Source: Eledone cirrhosa (Eukaryota). From it: a stretch of DNA of 64,000 nucleotides. The first letter of the stretch is position 1. Each line of letters opens with the position of its first letter. A program made the position numbers and the translations under genes. The DNA is taken from contig OZ024742.1 in the NCBI GenBank assembly GCA_964016885.1, positions 114,390,001 to 114,454,000 on the forward strand, read 5' to 3'. Of the stretch, positions 11,201 to 25,670 are shown piece after piece. The notes below the pieces were generated by a model that saw only the letters and a program-made list of their open reading frames with translations, was not told the origin of the DNA and made no database searches.

Positions 11201-13374
11201 GCGCGAAGTCTTCGGCAACACTGTGCGGTGCTACTGCAGACATGCGAGCTAAGCGACCCTCTATCCTTATGGGAGAAATACAAAGAGGACCTTTCCGATG
11301 ACTACATACACCAAAGACAACTGCTACTCCCTCATTCCGACGTACGACTCAGCGACGAATTCTTCAACAAAGCTCTCATTGACATCGAGATCAAAATCCT
11401 AACTGCCTGCGGAAATGATCTTCCATTCTATGGACTGCCAAAAGTTCCGCGAACGGGCTCGGACATACTTCTGACGGGCATAATTCAGGAAACTGCCTAC
11501 GACACCCTCGCACTGTTCATGAACGAAAATGAACCGAAATTGTTACAGGACCAACCGTGGGCGTATGACATTATTTGCACTTCCATTCGTCAACGCACAG
11601 GAGGTATCTCCTTTTTGGACACCCTAGGAGGAACTGGTAAAACATTCGTCACTAAAATCCTCCTCGCCAAAGTGTGACATCAAAAACGATTCGCTCTGGC
11701 TGCGGCTTCTTCTGGGATTGCCGCAACTCCGCTGCCCGGAGGTAGGACAGCTCATTCCGCATTTAAACTACCATTCAACGCGACTGCAGACGACACGATA
11801 ACCTGCAATATTACCAAGGACTCTTACAAAGCAGAAGTCTTGAAAAGATGCCAGCTAATTGTGTGGGTCGAATGCACAATGGCCCATAAAGGGGTCCCTT
11901 GAGGCGTTAGACAGAACCCTACGAGACATCTGGGAATACAACCGGCCGATGTGAGGAGTACATCTCCTGTTGTCTGGCGATTTTCGACAAACTCTTCCAG
12001 TTATTCCAAAAGCCACCAGGGCCGACACTGTGGGGGCATGCATTAAGTCATCTCCCCTGTGGCAGGAGGTGACAATCCTGACCCTCACAACAAACATGAG
12101 AGCCCAACTGTTTGGCGAGCACTTATCACCCGACTTCTCAAAGGACCTCTTAACAGTTGGTGACGGCACTGCACCTTCAGATGCAGCTGGAGAAATGGCA
12201 GTATCTTAAGTAGGCACCGTTGTCGACAATGTTGACGACCTCACAGCCTCTGTCTTTCCCGATATGGCCATGTTGGTTATGCGATAGAGCCATATTAGCT
12301 CCAAAAAATGTTTCAGTTGCAACAATCAATGAGGACTTTCTGCAACGCATTCCTGGAAACCTCCATACCTACAAATCTGTGGACACAGTTGTAGACAAAG
12401 ATGAGGTTGACGACTTTCCCACAGAATTCCTCAATTCCTTGAACCTCTCCGGACTGCCACCTGATGCACTGCGCCTTAAAGTTGGGGCTCCACCGATGCT
12501 GTTGAGGAACCTGGAACCACCGCGTCTCTGCAATGGAACACGGTTAGTGGTAAGAAACCTCCTGCCGCATGTAATTGAAACCACAAGTCTCACGGGCTGC
12601 GGCGCTGGAGAAAACGTATTTAAACCCAGAATACCATTTACTCCATCAAGTAGGCAATGCCCCTGTACTATGCGCCGACATCAATTCCCCGTTAAATTTT
12701 GCTTCGCGATGTCAATCAACAAGTCCCAAGGCCAAACGCTAACAACGGCAGGCCTCCATTTAGACCAGCTGTGCTTCTCACACAGCCAATTATACGTCGC
12801 ATGCTCAAGAGTCGGATGTAAGCAGAATTTATTCATACTTGCGCCCAAAGGCAGAACAAAAAAATGTAGTCTACAGAGAGGTGTTGTGACTCCTCTATTC
12901 AGCACCACTACAGTCTTGCCGGTCTGACATATGGTGATTACATACTATTGTTGTATATTTTCAAACTTAATCGTATTTACTTACCCATGCTTATTCTCCC
13001 TCTTTCCTCCATAGGGCATCCAATTTGCTTTCGCAGAGCATGAAGTTTCGGGACAGCATGTCCGCTGCCGTTGGTAGAAGAGGAAGAGGCCATATTCACC
13101 TGCGAACGTTTTACACCCCTTTCCACGTCTTGCTACCAAATTGTTACCATTGTGAGAACCATAACACGGCCCTCTTCAGGGCCACCTCACGTTCAATTGT
13201 TACCCCCTTCTCAGAGTGTTGCAAAGCCCTTTGCTGGGATTTCTATCCCGTTGCAAATCGATTCGTTGGGCGGGAACTTATATCAATATTTGCCTTAGCA
13301 ATAATAATTGAGTGGAATCATTAAGAGTACTTTAAAGCAATTAAACCCCGAGCAGCGCCGGGAACTTATGCTAG
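8295..13374 (+). mobile_element. Helitron (degenerate RepHel, internally deleted) with both termini
   Basis: 5' TC(TCTC)TATATATAAA after A at 8294. 3' GC hairpin CCCGAGCAGCGCCGGG (13347-13362), then CTAG 13371-13374 before T. Internal Rep and PIF1 motifs. Confidence 0.92.
8985..12890 (+). pseudogene. Helitron RepHel pseudo-ORF (N-terminal STPR-like repeats, HUH Rep, PIF1 helicase)
   Basis: ATG MPKRK.. at 8985; ETEEQR-type repeats; C-x2-C..WPGE; LPSTFIGSPRYM; EKRGLPHAHLL (HUH); SIKYVCKY; GGTGKTF; GDFRQTLPV; LCNGTRL; FAMSINKSQGQT; QLYVACSRV. Many frameshifts and stops. Confidence 0.9.
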
Positions 13375-13399
13375 TATATTAATTTAAAAACTATTTACA

Positions 13400-13540
13400 T
13401 TTTGAGTTCAAATCCTGCCGAGGTTGGCTTTGACTTTCGTCCATGCGGGGTCGATAGTATGGGGTACCAATGGCACATTGAGGTTGAATCCATAGAAACT
13501 TCCTACCTCCTTGATTGTTGGCCTCATGACTAATTCTAAA
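13400..13540 (+). mobile_element. tRNA-derived SINE fragment (5'-truncated)
   Basis: B-box GAGTTCAAATCC then GCCGAGGT..CTTTG..TTTC.TCC..GGGGTCGATA; homologous to 62807-62990 and 25495-25670. Confidence 0.7.
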
Positions 13541-13779
13541 ATCATTATTTACAAATTAAACCTTTAGTTACTATAACCTATAATATGTTTTTATATACTA
13601 TAACCTATAATATACACACATCAAGTGCATTCCCTGCCGGTTTTCAAATCCGTCATGTATATGAGTATGCAAAATATACCATCCATTGTTTTCCCCTCTA
13701 GCCTTCTATACACTAGTCCTCCAATATATACCACATCACCCGCTTCCAACTTCTCTCTATATATATCCACCTAATACCT

Positions 13780-15990
13780 ACCTGCAATCCCCACATTCTC
13801 CCAATTTTCATTTTGCCGCCTCCACCCCAACATCCAAGAATTAAAAGCTCGCCTCTCCCCAGCCTTCCACATCACGGTAGTTCCATGAGTGTCACCCGTA
13901 CTCCATGCACAGCAGGAGTACGGGTGAAAGGAGTACGGGTGAAAGAAAGGAACTGCTCCAACTGTACCAGCTTCCTCCACCGCTCTTGTGGAGCTCGATG
14001 GAATCAGTGCATCGGTAGCATTGACTGCCATGCGTATCAATATCGACCTTATGTGTGGTCACGGGTGCCCGTCATAACGAAGACCCGAACCTGCTCGAAT
14101 CCGACGAGTGTCATATGGAAATGTCCCAAATCAGCCAGTCACCGAGAGTAACCACCAGGATCGACTACGCTCTCCCTGCAATCGATCCCTCGGCTCGGGA
14201 TCCCGACAGTAGGGATCCCCCACTGTGGGAGAGATATCAGCCCCTCCCTCTTTCGAGGCTCTATGGCTTACTGTGACTTTTGACCTGTGAGCCTCTGGGG
14301 ATTCTCGTACTGTCCTTCAGGGCTGAAACAACACCAGTAACCCGCTCCCGACCGTTTTAAACATCTCTGGGACAGATTCAACCTTTAACTAATTGGGGTA
14401 ACGTTTCGGCGGCGGTACGTGCGTTAGCCTCATGTGACACTGTAGACGACATCCTGGACGTTCCTCCACAGGCAAGATCCGGCAGTCGTTTTACAGCCAT
14501 CAACCACTGTCTCCTACATGCTAATTTGCGCTGACGTCGGCGGGATTAAACAATAGCTACGGAGAGGCCGGATTCTATGACGCCGTACTCAATACCTATA
14601 CACGCATTCCCAGAATCGTCTAACGCCAAAAGACGCCTCCAACTCTTTCTCGCTTTCCAATTATCTAGAATGCCGCAAGAGAGTGGGTAGAGACCAAACC
14701 TGCAGATATGTTCCAAATGGCTAAGAGGCTACGTCTCATTGACGCTCACCCGGCGCTTTTTCTCTTTAGGAAATGCTTCGCTCACTCTAAGTGTTTGTTC
14801 ACACTGCACGGTGAACCCTGTCACCCCTATGCAGATTGTCTCCATCCGGTGCTGTGCAGAACTCATCTGCAATTTCAGTTTCAAAAGCTCTGGCTGGCAA
14901 CAGGTGAAGATCCAAGCGAGAATTTGTTGGCTCGGTCTGTGATCTGCTCCGGATCTGGCTCTACTAGCGTATCTACTCTATTTCCTCTTGTCATGGGCTC
15001 GTCAGCGATGTCTTCCACAAGAAGGATAGAGTCAGGCGTGTACAAACATCGTCTGCATCCGCTCGGCTTCATAGCCAAACAGCGGTGTGCGGTTCAATTC
15101 AGGGTCTCCTTCATCAACTGGTATCCCTTTTGATGACGAGTGCACTCACATTGGAGTAGCCCAACGCCGCAGCCTCCATGTGTGCGAGCCACGTAAACGC
15201 CGTCGTGGGGCGGTTACTTACAGGTTTTGCCTGCACTCAGACCGTTTTCCCAATATGCCGCTCGCAATGACATATTGAGAAGGAGTCTGGATGCAACTGG
15301 CTTCACATCACAAGTAGAGACATCAAGACTCGACAGTAGAGACGGCAAGCGCCACTTCGGAATTACCCTCTTCCCATTCGATGGAGTTATATCCCTAATC
15401 TGAAACACTACATGTTCTGACACGTTCTCCACCTTCAACGTAATTGCTTCGACCACAAAACGCGCTACTGCCGCCGGAAATTCAGAGGAAGGGAAGACAA
15501 AGAAATACCGGGAATAGCCTATCCGCTTCCACTTCGTACCTATCGCAGTCATGACCATAGAGTTACTGTTACCAAGCTCTGCGAAGCTCCTCCGCATGAT
15601 CGGGACGTCATCAGCCTGTCTGTTGAAGGAAACCGTGGAGGTGAGAAGGCTGTTGCAGAGGATGTCTCTGGTTATAGTCCGCGAAAATGCTTTGCGGACT
15701 TATCCTCGGGGCGCAGCCCTAAAACCACCACATCCTAAGCCCAGAGCCCATCCACCTTCCCTTCCCCCTTTCTTCTGTGGCCCTAGAGTCCTTCCTTTTC
15801 CCCTAGTTTTAAACTCATTTATGACTTTCATCGTCATTTCCTCTATTTTCCCATACAGCCTGATCTGTCCTTCCCCCTTTCCCCATTTTCTCATTTCTTA
15901 ATTTTGCTTTTATCGCACTTTTTCTTATTTATTCATCTTTATTTGTTGCTTTTGTCCTTAGTAATTTAGTAAATTATTGTAATTAAAGTT
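13780..15990 (+). mobile_element. Degenerate CRE-clade non-LTR retrotransposon (post-RT region, CCHC, RLE endonuclease)
   Basis: LIDAHPALFLFRKC..KCLFTL..PC (14708 ORF); GVAQRRSLHVCEP; DGKR..GITLFPF..TTCSDT; EEGKTKKY..FVPIAV; LLQRMSLVIVRENA (CRE RLE consensus QRLSxAIQRGNA). Boundaries approximate. Confidence 0.7.
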
Positions 15991-16249
15991 TTGCCGAATT
16001 ATTTATGTAAATACACGTAGAAAATGTAACAGATATTTAGAATATAAAACATATTTCCTGAAAACTGCTGTTATAAATACGTTTATATGCTGAACAAATA
16101 AAACAAAACATGAATGAACAAATAAATGAATATTTATGTTGCAATCAATGTAGCAATAAATTAGCATTATCCTTAAAAACGTTAAATAAACTGGATTGCC
16201 GATTTCTTTCGGTTTTGGCTTCAGTTTTCCAACACCGCCTGAAGTTTTT

Positions 16250-19100
16250 GTTTGACTCAGATTATGAATACCATCAATTTTTATGAGAATATATTATTAC
16301 ATACAAATAACATTACGTATATTGAGAGATTGATTTAAAATGGAAGGCAGACTTACTCAATCGTCCACTTTAACTCTAACATACGTCTTTGGTCGCCGGC
16401 AGTTAGGCTGTGTTTACATTCTTTTCCTCCTTGTTATTCTGATACCTGACTCAAATAGTAAACTTATAAGTGTTACCCACGCTTTCTAAAGAAAATATAA
16501 TTTTGTTCATATATTTCATGAAATTCCAAATCACAACGCAAAATTATGACAGCAAAATATGACAGAGTACGAATGGAACTCGTATGAAAAAGGATATTAC
16601 CACAGAGCCATGTATCATGACCACTTTCAATGTATTCTTCCCTCCATAGACATAAGTGTTGTATGCAAAATTATCTGTTATAAAAAAACTATAAATCCAT
16701 TATTTGAAAATGATTCTGTAAAACCTCAATGTTATGTTCAAATGCCTCAGACACATAATGTATCGATCCTATCAACCTTTAAGTCAGGGCTCAATAATTT
16801 TAATTACATATGACTTCTAAATATTCTTAAAGGACACCACCTGCAGGCAACACGTTATAATTGTTTATCTCTAATTTAATATTTATTGAACTTCACAGCG
16901 AATAAATAATTTGGTAATTAAGCAGACCTATGAACGAAACCATTCTAGTAATTATTTTTTCACATGTTGCCCATCATAGAATAAAAGATCTCGTTATTAT
17001 GATTGGTGACTCTTAACCCGAGAAAGATTTCAGAATGGTGAGCAACTACCTAAAGCTCTCCATTGTTGATAATTATGATGCTGATTCCAATGTTTATTAC
17101 TTCTAATGACCCAGATACTTTTCTATGTATGATTTATTCTCTAAATATATCATTTATATATGTTCTTGTCATAAAATACGTAATGATTCACATTGTGAAG
17201 TAGTATTGTAAAGTACCTAGTTATAAACCTTAATTTTGTAGTTGATGAGTATTTATTGACATACACATAGTGACAGCTTGTGCCGTAAATTGTGGATGAT
17301 ATGTGTCTCCTTTGCCGTTTATTTGATATGCAACACTGCGTGAGAAAATTAGCTATTTAATATACTGCGGGGTTTTATTACTAGTGAAATCATACACATT
17401 TATATTTCAAATATCTGATAGAGTAAGCATGTATACACAGACTGTCATAGACATAAAGGCAAACACATGCCTGCATTCACATATGAAATGGCAATTATTC
17501 TCTTACCAAAATATCTATGTATTTATACAATCCTTCTAGACGTATGTCAACATATGCCCTTTCGTTAAGTTTGCTTAAACATAAAAAAATTAAAAAAAAC
17601 ATTACATTTATAAGAAATTATTATATCCTATTTGAAAATCCTAAAAAAAAAAAGTTGTTTTACACTTTCAAATAACACTTTGAAGTAACATGAGAGTTTC
17701 CCACAGTTTATATCAATAAAATAACGTCTTCATGTTTTTACTTATGTTTTGTTTTTTTATCGAATTTCAGTTTTATTTTTCACGTATTTCTTGCATGGGG
17801 TTGTATAACGTATATTTTCTTTCAATAAACTGCTTTCTCATGTTCGCTATCAAATTTTGATTTACACAGTTTTTTTTTTTATGAACGCCCGTATACCACA
17901 ATATCTATTGCTATTTTAAACTTTTTTCATATTTTAACGCGTTTAGATCTCTTCCTGGCTCAATGAAGCATTGGTTTGTTTTCATTTTTTAAAGACCATA
18001 TTCAATATATAATTTAATCTAACAAACACTTCAAGATTGATGCATTTTCGTTTTTATTCTACACTCATTCTTGACAAAGCAGATTTAACTTAAAATGTGA
18101 ATAATCTTACATTGAACCAAATTCCAATAAACATAAATATAAGCGTTATACAATTCTTTCTGAAGATTTCATTTTAAAATTTAATTCAAAAAATATAAAA
18201 AGGCTTATTTCGAAAAGCTATTCCGTATATTAATTATTCCCGTGAAATTCACGATGAGTAGAAAATATGTAGAACTATTTTGTATGCATGCATAGCATAG
18301 CATTAAAAAGAAAGGTGAAATATATCAGTTGTCTCAATGTAAATGCACACACAAAGCATATCCTTATATAGATGTTTGCGAATAAATTAATTCTTCCTGG
18401 ACACAATGTGTGCGCTAATATGAGGTACAATTTAGACAAGCAGGAATAATTTTGATAATGTGTTCAGAGTGGAACACGATTATTTGTTATTGTAGAGGGT
18501 CTGTCAGAATTCTTTTCTGTTCAAGGGGGAGGATTTTCTGATATATAATACCGGTTTAAAAGCATACAATCGGAAGAGTTCTCAATGATCATTGTCTTAT
18601 TTAAACCGGATATTTTATAACGATTTTCAATAAAAGAAATTACTGTAAAAAAAAAAAAGGATTTTCGTTTTACTGGATTTCACTCATTCCTAAGCTTTAC
18701 TTCAAGCTACGTCAAAAACATCTCACCAAACTGTATAGAATGGTATTAAACCAAATGTTCATCAATGAGGAAAACTCATAACTCAATTAGTTAGATACTC
18801 ATGGTAGACATACACGTTTCATGTTATGAATAAGCTTGGGGTAGCACAACATATCATTTCTGCACATCAAGTCAATCCGGCTATTGGTTTATCTTTACTC
18901 ACTGCTTCCTTGAAGCATTAATATACCGCCCACAAATTCTCTAGATATTTCACACCTTTTGGAGCCTACAGAGACATACGCATTTTCTCTCTAATTCTTT
19001 CTCTTTCTTAGGCACAGGTTTAAACGAAGCGCAGTTGGAATGTAACGACAACAATTACTTCCTTGAATTTCTTTCCTACGGGAGTTAACTCCTAATTTAA
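16250..19100 (-). pseudogene. MCM-family helicase-like pseudogene, copy 2
   Basis: Minus-strand collinear remnants: FQLRFV; ISREFVGGILMLQG (~18907-18948); MCRNDMLC; ENRYKISG (~18606-18629); LYLILAHTLCPG (18395-18430); KLEINNYNVLPAGGVL (~16830-16877); FMKYMNKIIFSLE..YYLSQ; PAT-RMLE-GRLSKSA (sensor-2-like, ~16346-16400). May extend to ~20445. Confidence 0.55.
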
Positions 19101-19376
19101 ATAGAAAAAGACATAATTATCTGAAATGAGTATGCTTGTCTGTGTGTGTAATCGGTATTGGGGTTGTATTGTGTAGGGTATACGGGTGTATAAATGGGTA
19201 ATTAGTTAAGCATACATGTTTATTTTGAAGTGTTGATAGTGACGATGGTTAATTTCGTGTCTTTCTAGCTGGTGATGATGGTAATTATTTCAGGTTGAGC
19301 ATGTTTGATGAATGTTGAGGTACTATGGTGTAAAATACAGTAACATACTGGTTAGATATTAGTGTCTGTGGTTTGG

Positions 19377-19444
<68 letters not shown>

Positions 19445-20667
19445 TTAACAGTAGCAGCTGCCGTCGTAGTAGAATTTTTTGTGCTGAAGGTTGTGATATT
19501 AGTGTTAATGTTAATAAAAACGAACAAGGATTTAATTGGAGAAACAGTTTCATCTGATAACATTATTTACAGATTAGCCGCTTGGGTGTGAGGTTGCCGA
19601 AATTGCTGGTATGTTATATTTTCCTCTATTAATTATTTTCTTTTATCTCCACAGATACGTCGCATTTAATAAGAATGAAATAACTAGCAATCTCAACAAT
19701 ACAACAGAAACTAGTTGAATACATCAAGCAATAACTAAGAATTTCAACTTCTGAGATTTCCATTCATGTAAACATTGAATTAATGAGATGTTATATTTTG
19801 GTGATAATGGATTTGAATATTTATTTTTTATTTTTTTTATTTCTCTATAACATTTTTCATTTATTATTTTTTCCATTTTTCGTTTTTTTTTCTATTTTAC
19901 ATATTTTAGTTGAATTATTTTATTTCTTATTAGTTTTTACTATTACCATGTTGTTTTCTAACAATAATGTAATGCATGACCTATTTATTAAGGATGTTAC
20001 TATTTTGCCATTATCTCTGCAACTTGTGGATAAGTGTGTTTGAATTATAACAGTAGTGCTTTTTCTATATGTAATTTTTCTCTGTAATGATTGGTAATAT
20101 TCTATAATATATATATGAATATATGAATATATGATTTTAAAAAAAAGATTTCAAATATATTAAATGCACCAAATCATGCATGCCAATGATTTCACTTCTT
20201 TAAAAAAACCTTTGAATAGGAAGTTGAGAAATGGTTGGAAATAAAAGCAAAAGAATATGGTGTGTGTGTATATATATATATATTAAATAATTCCAGTAGT
20301 TTAGCGAATACTTACAGTATCCATTCTCAAACTTTCTCAAGGTTGCACTTTGGAGAATTAATTAATAGGTCAGACGTAGTTTCCATAGTTTCCACCTTTT
20401 CAATATTCTTGGTTTCATCGTCTAGCAGACTGATTTATGCAGCACTAAACACACATACTCATATATATATATATAGTTGAAAATTGCAAACTTGACTGTC
20501 AGCACTGAATATGAAGCTGAAGATTGCGAAAGCATGACATTACTTGTTTAATTAACATTTAACATTTAATATTCTACCATACTATTTCATTATAATATCA
20601 TTATAATTTTAAAGAATTGTAAGTAAAACGAGTAAATCAGACAGAGTTGGAATTCCTTTTATTAATA

Positions 20668-20734
<67 letters not shown>

Positions 20735-20849
20735 GTGTGGGGGGGGGGGGTGTATGTGTGTGTGTGTGTGTATGTGACAGTGTGTGTTTGTTTACATATT
20801 GTCTGTATATTATTTTGTGTATGAATATGTTTGCATAATATCTCTTAAT

Positions 20850-21320
20850 GAAGAAATAGTAAAGCTACAGCAACCTTCAGTTAACTGGGCAATTGGCATG
20901 GGGAAATGAGAAGATCAAATCACGGATTAAAGTTGTGTTTACCACATGACATTTAGATTTTTAAAAATCATCTTAATGTGACTGAAACCTGGAGAATATG
21001 CACACACAGGGTGGAAAATCAGCAATTCTTACGTGCGCTGTTTCGGCAAATATTGAACATGAAATCCCTCAATTACATCCCTGGTACGAAAGTGCGCTGG
21101 GGAGCAGATGATTCATCAGTCAAAACTAATGATATATACAGATGAGTGAGAGCACTTCTGTATGCCACTTTAATTTATGGATCCAGAATCTTTAGGCATG
21201 TGCATTTTGAAAAAGTAGCAAAACGAAATAGTAGCAAAGGATGTCGAAAGGTGTTCTCCAAAGTCCATTGTAAACTACACCCAATAGGTTCTACATTGAT
21301 TTAGCGAAAATAGGAAAGGT
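20850..21320 (+). mobile_element. Old RTE-clade LINE 3' fragment
   Basis: Translation ETWR..QQFLRALFRQILNMK..IP..KVRW.A..SV resembles the RTE C-terminal consensus (ETW..CLRxILxIxWxDxIxNxEVL). Confidence 0.45.
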
Positions 21321-21590
21321 TAGCAAAGGTCAGCGACAATCACAAAAGTGTTTGTATTAAGAATTAAATATATATATATATATATCTTTCCCTCCTGACC
21401 TTTTGATTGTGAAAAGGCTTTGGGCGCACCGCTGATCGCTTATCGATGTCGTGTATTAAGCGCCGAAACATCTTGATCTCGGTTTTACAGCTCACGAATG
21501 ATTTATTTTCTTATTTTCTTTTCTTCTCTTCTTTCGTCCATACTACCATCTTAAACTTTGTTTACAGTAACCACACAGATTCTTTCGTTT

Positions 21591-21626
<36 letters not shown>

Positions 21627-21705
21627 CAGACATATATACACACACTCATACTCACACACAAACACAGACTCACACACAAACATATATATATATATATGTA
21701 TATAT

Positions 21706-21786
<81 letters not shown>

Positions 21787-21899
21787 CCACATTCTATGTG
21801 ATCAACCTTTTTTTAATTGATAATATTTCCATACCAATCGAACACAGTAATATTTGGCAAATTTTTAGTTCATCTAATGTAAACATAAACATTACCTAT

Positions 21900-24780
21900 G
21901 CCCCTGCGCCTTCCCACTTTTAAATTTTAACTATAGTGTTTTATTTGTATGGGTCTGTACCTCCCTTTGTAACTATCATAAACTATACAAACCCGGAAAA
22001 TGATACTGTATATTTTCACCACATGTACAATATAAATTAGTAAATCCTAAAAAATCTGCATGATAAAAACGGAAATGTCACATTTCTAACAGACAAACGC
22101 GATAAACTGCATATCCCTACACATGAATGCAATAATTTATAATGCAGAGGAACAACTGATAATGAGTCCACTCAGCAAATACTCAAATCAATGGAAAGAT
22201 TAATCAGAATCAAAACAAAATCAGAAACGTCACACCGCATCAAAAGTAAATTCGGTCACATTCGGAAAATATAAATAAAAAGACAAGCCAATTCACATTT
22301 TGGAACATGGTGAAAAATATGAAAAAAGCTAGAATCTATCAGCTATGGATCAACACCACCCCACTGATCTTACCTTGAAAATTAGAAATGAAACTTATAA
22401 GTATCGGAACAGAACAGCAATGAAAACTAAGGGAACAAATATCACTCAACTAAATGAATAAAGAAATAAAAAAGGATTATCCACTGCAAATGACCTGCAA
22501 TTACCCACTGCAAATGTATAGATATTGACTGTCAAATAGGAGAGAAATATGCTAAACCATTGAAGAAACACATTTTGTGAACCTACTAAAGGTCGGGGGG
22601 AAATGCTGCAAAAACGCATAATTGTAATGGTACGAAATGATTACAAATCGGCCTCTTAAATATAATGATGAATAAAAGAAAGTTAATAAAATGAAAAACT
22701 TTGATGAAACATTCAAATCACCACACGCAACAAACACAAATCATGCATACTTTGCCTCAACTTAAAATGAATACAAACATCGGTAACAGAAAAAAATACA
22801 CCATCACTATAATATAGACACTCACAAAATTCCCCCAAAGAACCAAATTCCAAAACAATAAATAACAACCCCATAGCATAAAGCATGCGAATGCCAGAAT
22901 AAATTCATTGATACTACATGACATTCCAACAGAAACCCTAACCAGGAACGACTATATCAGGTACCACCAGCTATACAACAAGGAGTTTCATAAGAAATCA
23001 ACCAACAGTTTCACACGAAATAGACAATCAACAAACATTAGCTGCACACACATTGATCATCATTTTATTTGCAGAAGAACAAAAATACCAAGACATTTGT
23101 TGTCATCCCCACACGAGAAACCGAAGTAATTAACTTTCCAAAGAAACCATTGACAAATACTGAAATAGATATATTAAGTAAGAGACAGAACTCCATACCC
23201 ACCACTCAAACGTCCCCGAAATGAATTCGTCGCGGAATTCTGTTGAAAGCTCTGGTTACCTGATTTTTTTCTCCAAATGAACAACAATGAAAACGATTCA
23301 CTAGCTAGAAATAATTGTGAATTCTGCTAACGAAAGAAAGGGATAAAGCTATATAGTCCTACTTTATGAATTCTTCCTTTCGACACCAAAACAAATTTCT
23401 CCAAACTAGAATGGAAGGGCCTAATTGAGTAATTTACAAGACAACGCAGAAATCACTATTAAAGAAACTGATAAATGTAGCACTGTAGTCATTATGATTG
23501 CAGACTAGTATACATATCTGGTACTGCATATATTAGGATTCAACAGTTTCTATGAAACGTCAATCAAATATAAACAGTCTATACGAAGTCGATAAATGAA
23601 AGGATTCTTACAACATGCAAAATCATAAGAAAAAAACCCCAAAAATAGGAAAACATATCCTTACTGGGGCAGAGCCACACAAACAAATTTCAGATCAAAT
23701 TCTTACAAAATGCGGAAGAAAATATTTTGTCAGATGCTTATACCTAACTGAAGGACCAGAATTCAAAGTGACTCATGAAAAGAACATCAGAATAAAAGAG
23801 AATTTCACCCGCAACACGGAAAACTCAATCTATGTCATTACATGTTGTAGAAATTCTTCAAACCTCCATAGAGCAGATAGAACTATCATTACGCAAACAA
23901 TGGCCATACTATGTCTACAAATCATGGGGCAATTACAACTGAAATTCCCTTAAGCAGTCCCATAGTACAATGTAAAGAGTTAGACGTACACAACATCAAA
24001 ATGTACCCTAGAGATGCTCAGATTCCTTCACTAAATAAAAAATAAAGAACAAAGAATGATATCATTAAACACTATAAACTACAATTAAATGTGTAATTGT
24101 CCCACATTGGACAGTAAACAATAAACTATAGATGGGAATAATCAATGTTTACACATCTATAAACAAACATACCACAATATAAAAGGAAAATCATTACTCC
24201 AAGGAAGCCTCTACTAGACATTTTACATTCCTTTAAATCTTCTTGAAACCAATGATACCACTGAGCCGACACTCAATAAGCACACACATACACAAACACA
24301 CACACACAAACATACACACTCACACACTCACATACACACACATACACACACACATACACACACGCACGCACACATACATACACACGCACACATACACCGA
24401 CACACGCACGCACACATACATACACACACAAACACACACACACATACACCGACACACGCACAGACACACTCACACACGCACAAAACAGAAATGCAATAAT
24501 CACCATTAATTCATGAGTAGAAATATGATTTTCAATTTAAACCAACATACTTTCCTAGTGAATCAATTGAAGCTTACTTCCAACACCCAGCACCACCTTT
24601 CACCAAACCACATAGAAGCGAAGAAGGTTTTACAGAAAATTCACATAAGCCCTACCTAGACACAGAATATGGTGTGATACCTTTATATTCGATAAAATTG
24701 ACATACCAATCGAAATCTGTAACGCTCGCCTACTAACAGAGACCGGAAATATTTGACAATATTTTAATCCATTCAATGTA
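21900..24780 (+). mobile_element. Degenerate Penelope-like element (Neptune-like), RT core largely deleted
   Basis: LSKKPLTNTEIDILSK (~23135-23180, PLE N-terminal motif); ITIKETDKCSTVVIM (~23452-23496, DKG motif); GIY-YIG region KCGR..C.Y..EG.EF..IKENFT..TENSIYVITC (23615 ORF). Outer boundaries approximate. Confidence 0.7.
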
Positions 24781-24877
24781 AGATTTATGAAAATATTCAT
24801 TGTGTTGCAGTGATGAAAATGAATCCTTAAATATACTCCCGTGCACTGTCTATTTCAAAGTTTACCTATGTATATAC

Positions 24878-24933
<56 letters not shown>

Positions 24934-24977
24934 ACACACACACACACAACACACACACACTAGTGTAAATATATATA

Positions 24978-25025
<48 letters not shown>

Positions 25026-25494
25026 CTGTGTGTGTGTGTCTGTATTGAGAGAGAAAGAGTGAGAAAATTTATATTGAAATTTAGTCATACGTAAAGATTT
25101 GATTCGTTACTAAAGTCGACAGCATGCAGGAATCGGAATGAGAAGTGTACTCTGTTGGGCTACGTTAGTGCTAGATGAGGACAGTGAAAGCTGTAGCGCA
25201 TAAACAGTATATACAAAACGAAAGTGAAGGTTGTTATTCAAATACCCTCTATAATTTCTACAATTATTTCTCTGGAAATAATATATCGTTAGGATACAGA
25301 AATAATCAATTAATCGGAATAATTCGATTCAATAAATCGGAACAGTATCGATGACGTCATACATTAAGTACGGTGGTTGTTTTCCACAGTGACCGGTCAC
25401 TAGTATATATATATATATATACAACTTAATATAAATACAAGTTAATATGAATACAAGTTAATATAAATACAAGTTAATATAAATTAATTGTTTC

Positions 25495-25670
25495 TACTTT
25501 TGGCACAAGGCTAGCAATTACCCAGTGTATTACTGATACTTTATTTTATCGACACCATAAGGATGAAAGGCAAAGTTAACCTCGGCGGGATTTGAACTCA
25601 GAATGGCAAGGGCCGTAACTCTATGCGTCAAAGCATGGCGTCCGACCCTCTACCGATACTGCCAATCCAC
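25495..25670 (-). mobile_element. tRNA-derived SINE, full length
   Basis: Minus strand: A-box TGGCAGTATCGG and B-box GAGTTCAAATCC; clearly similar to 62807-62990. Confidence 0.8.

Noticed and set aside
16559-16813. 84-aa + strand ORF
   Set aside because: No motif; antisense to MCM-like copy 2.
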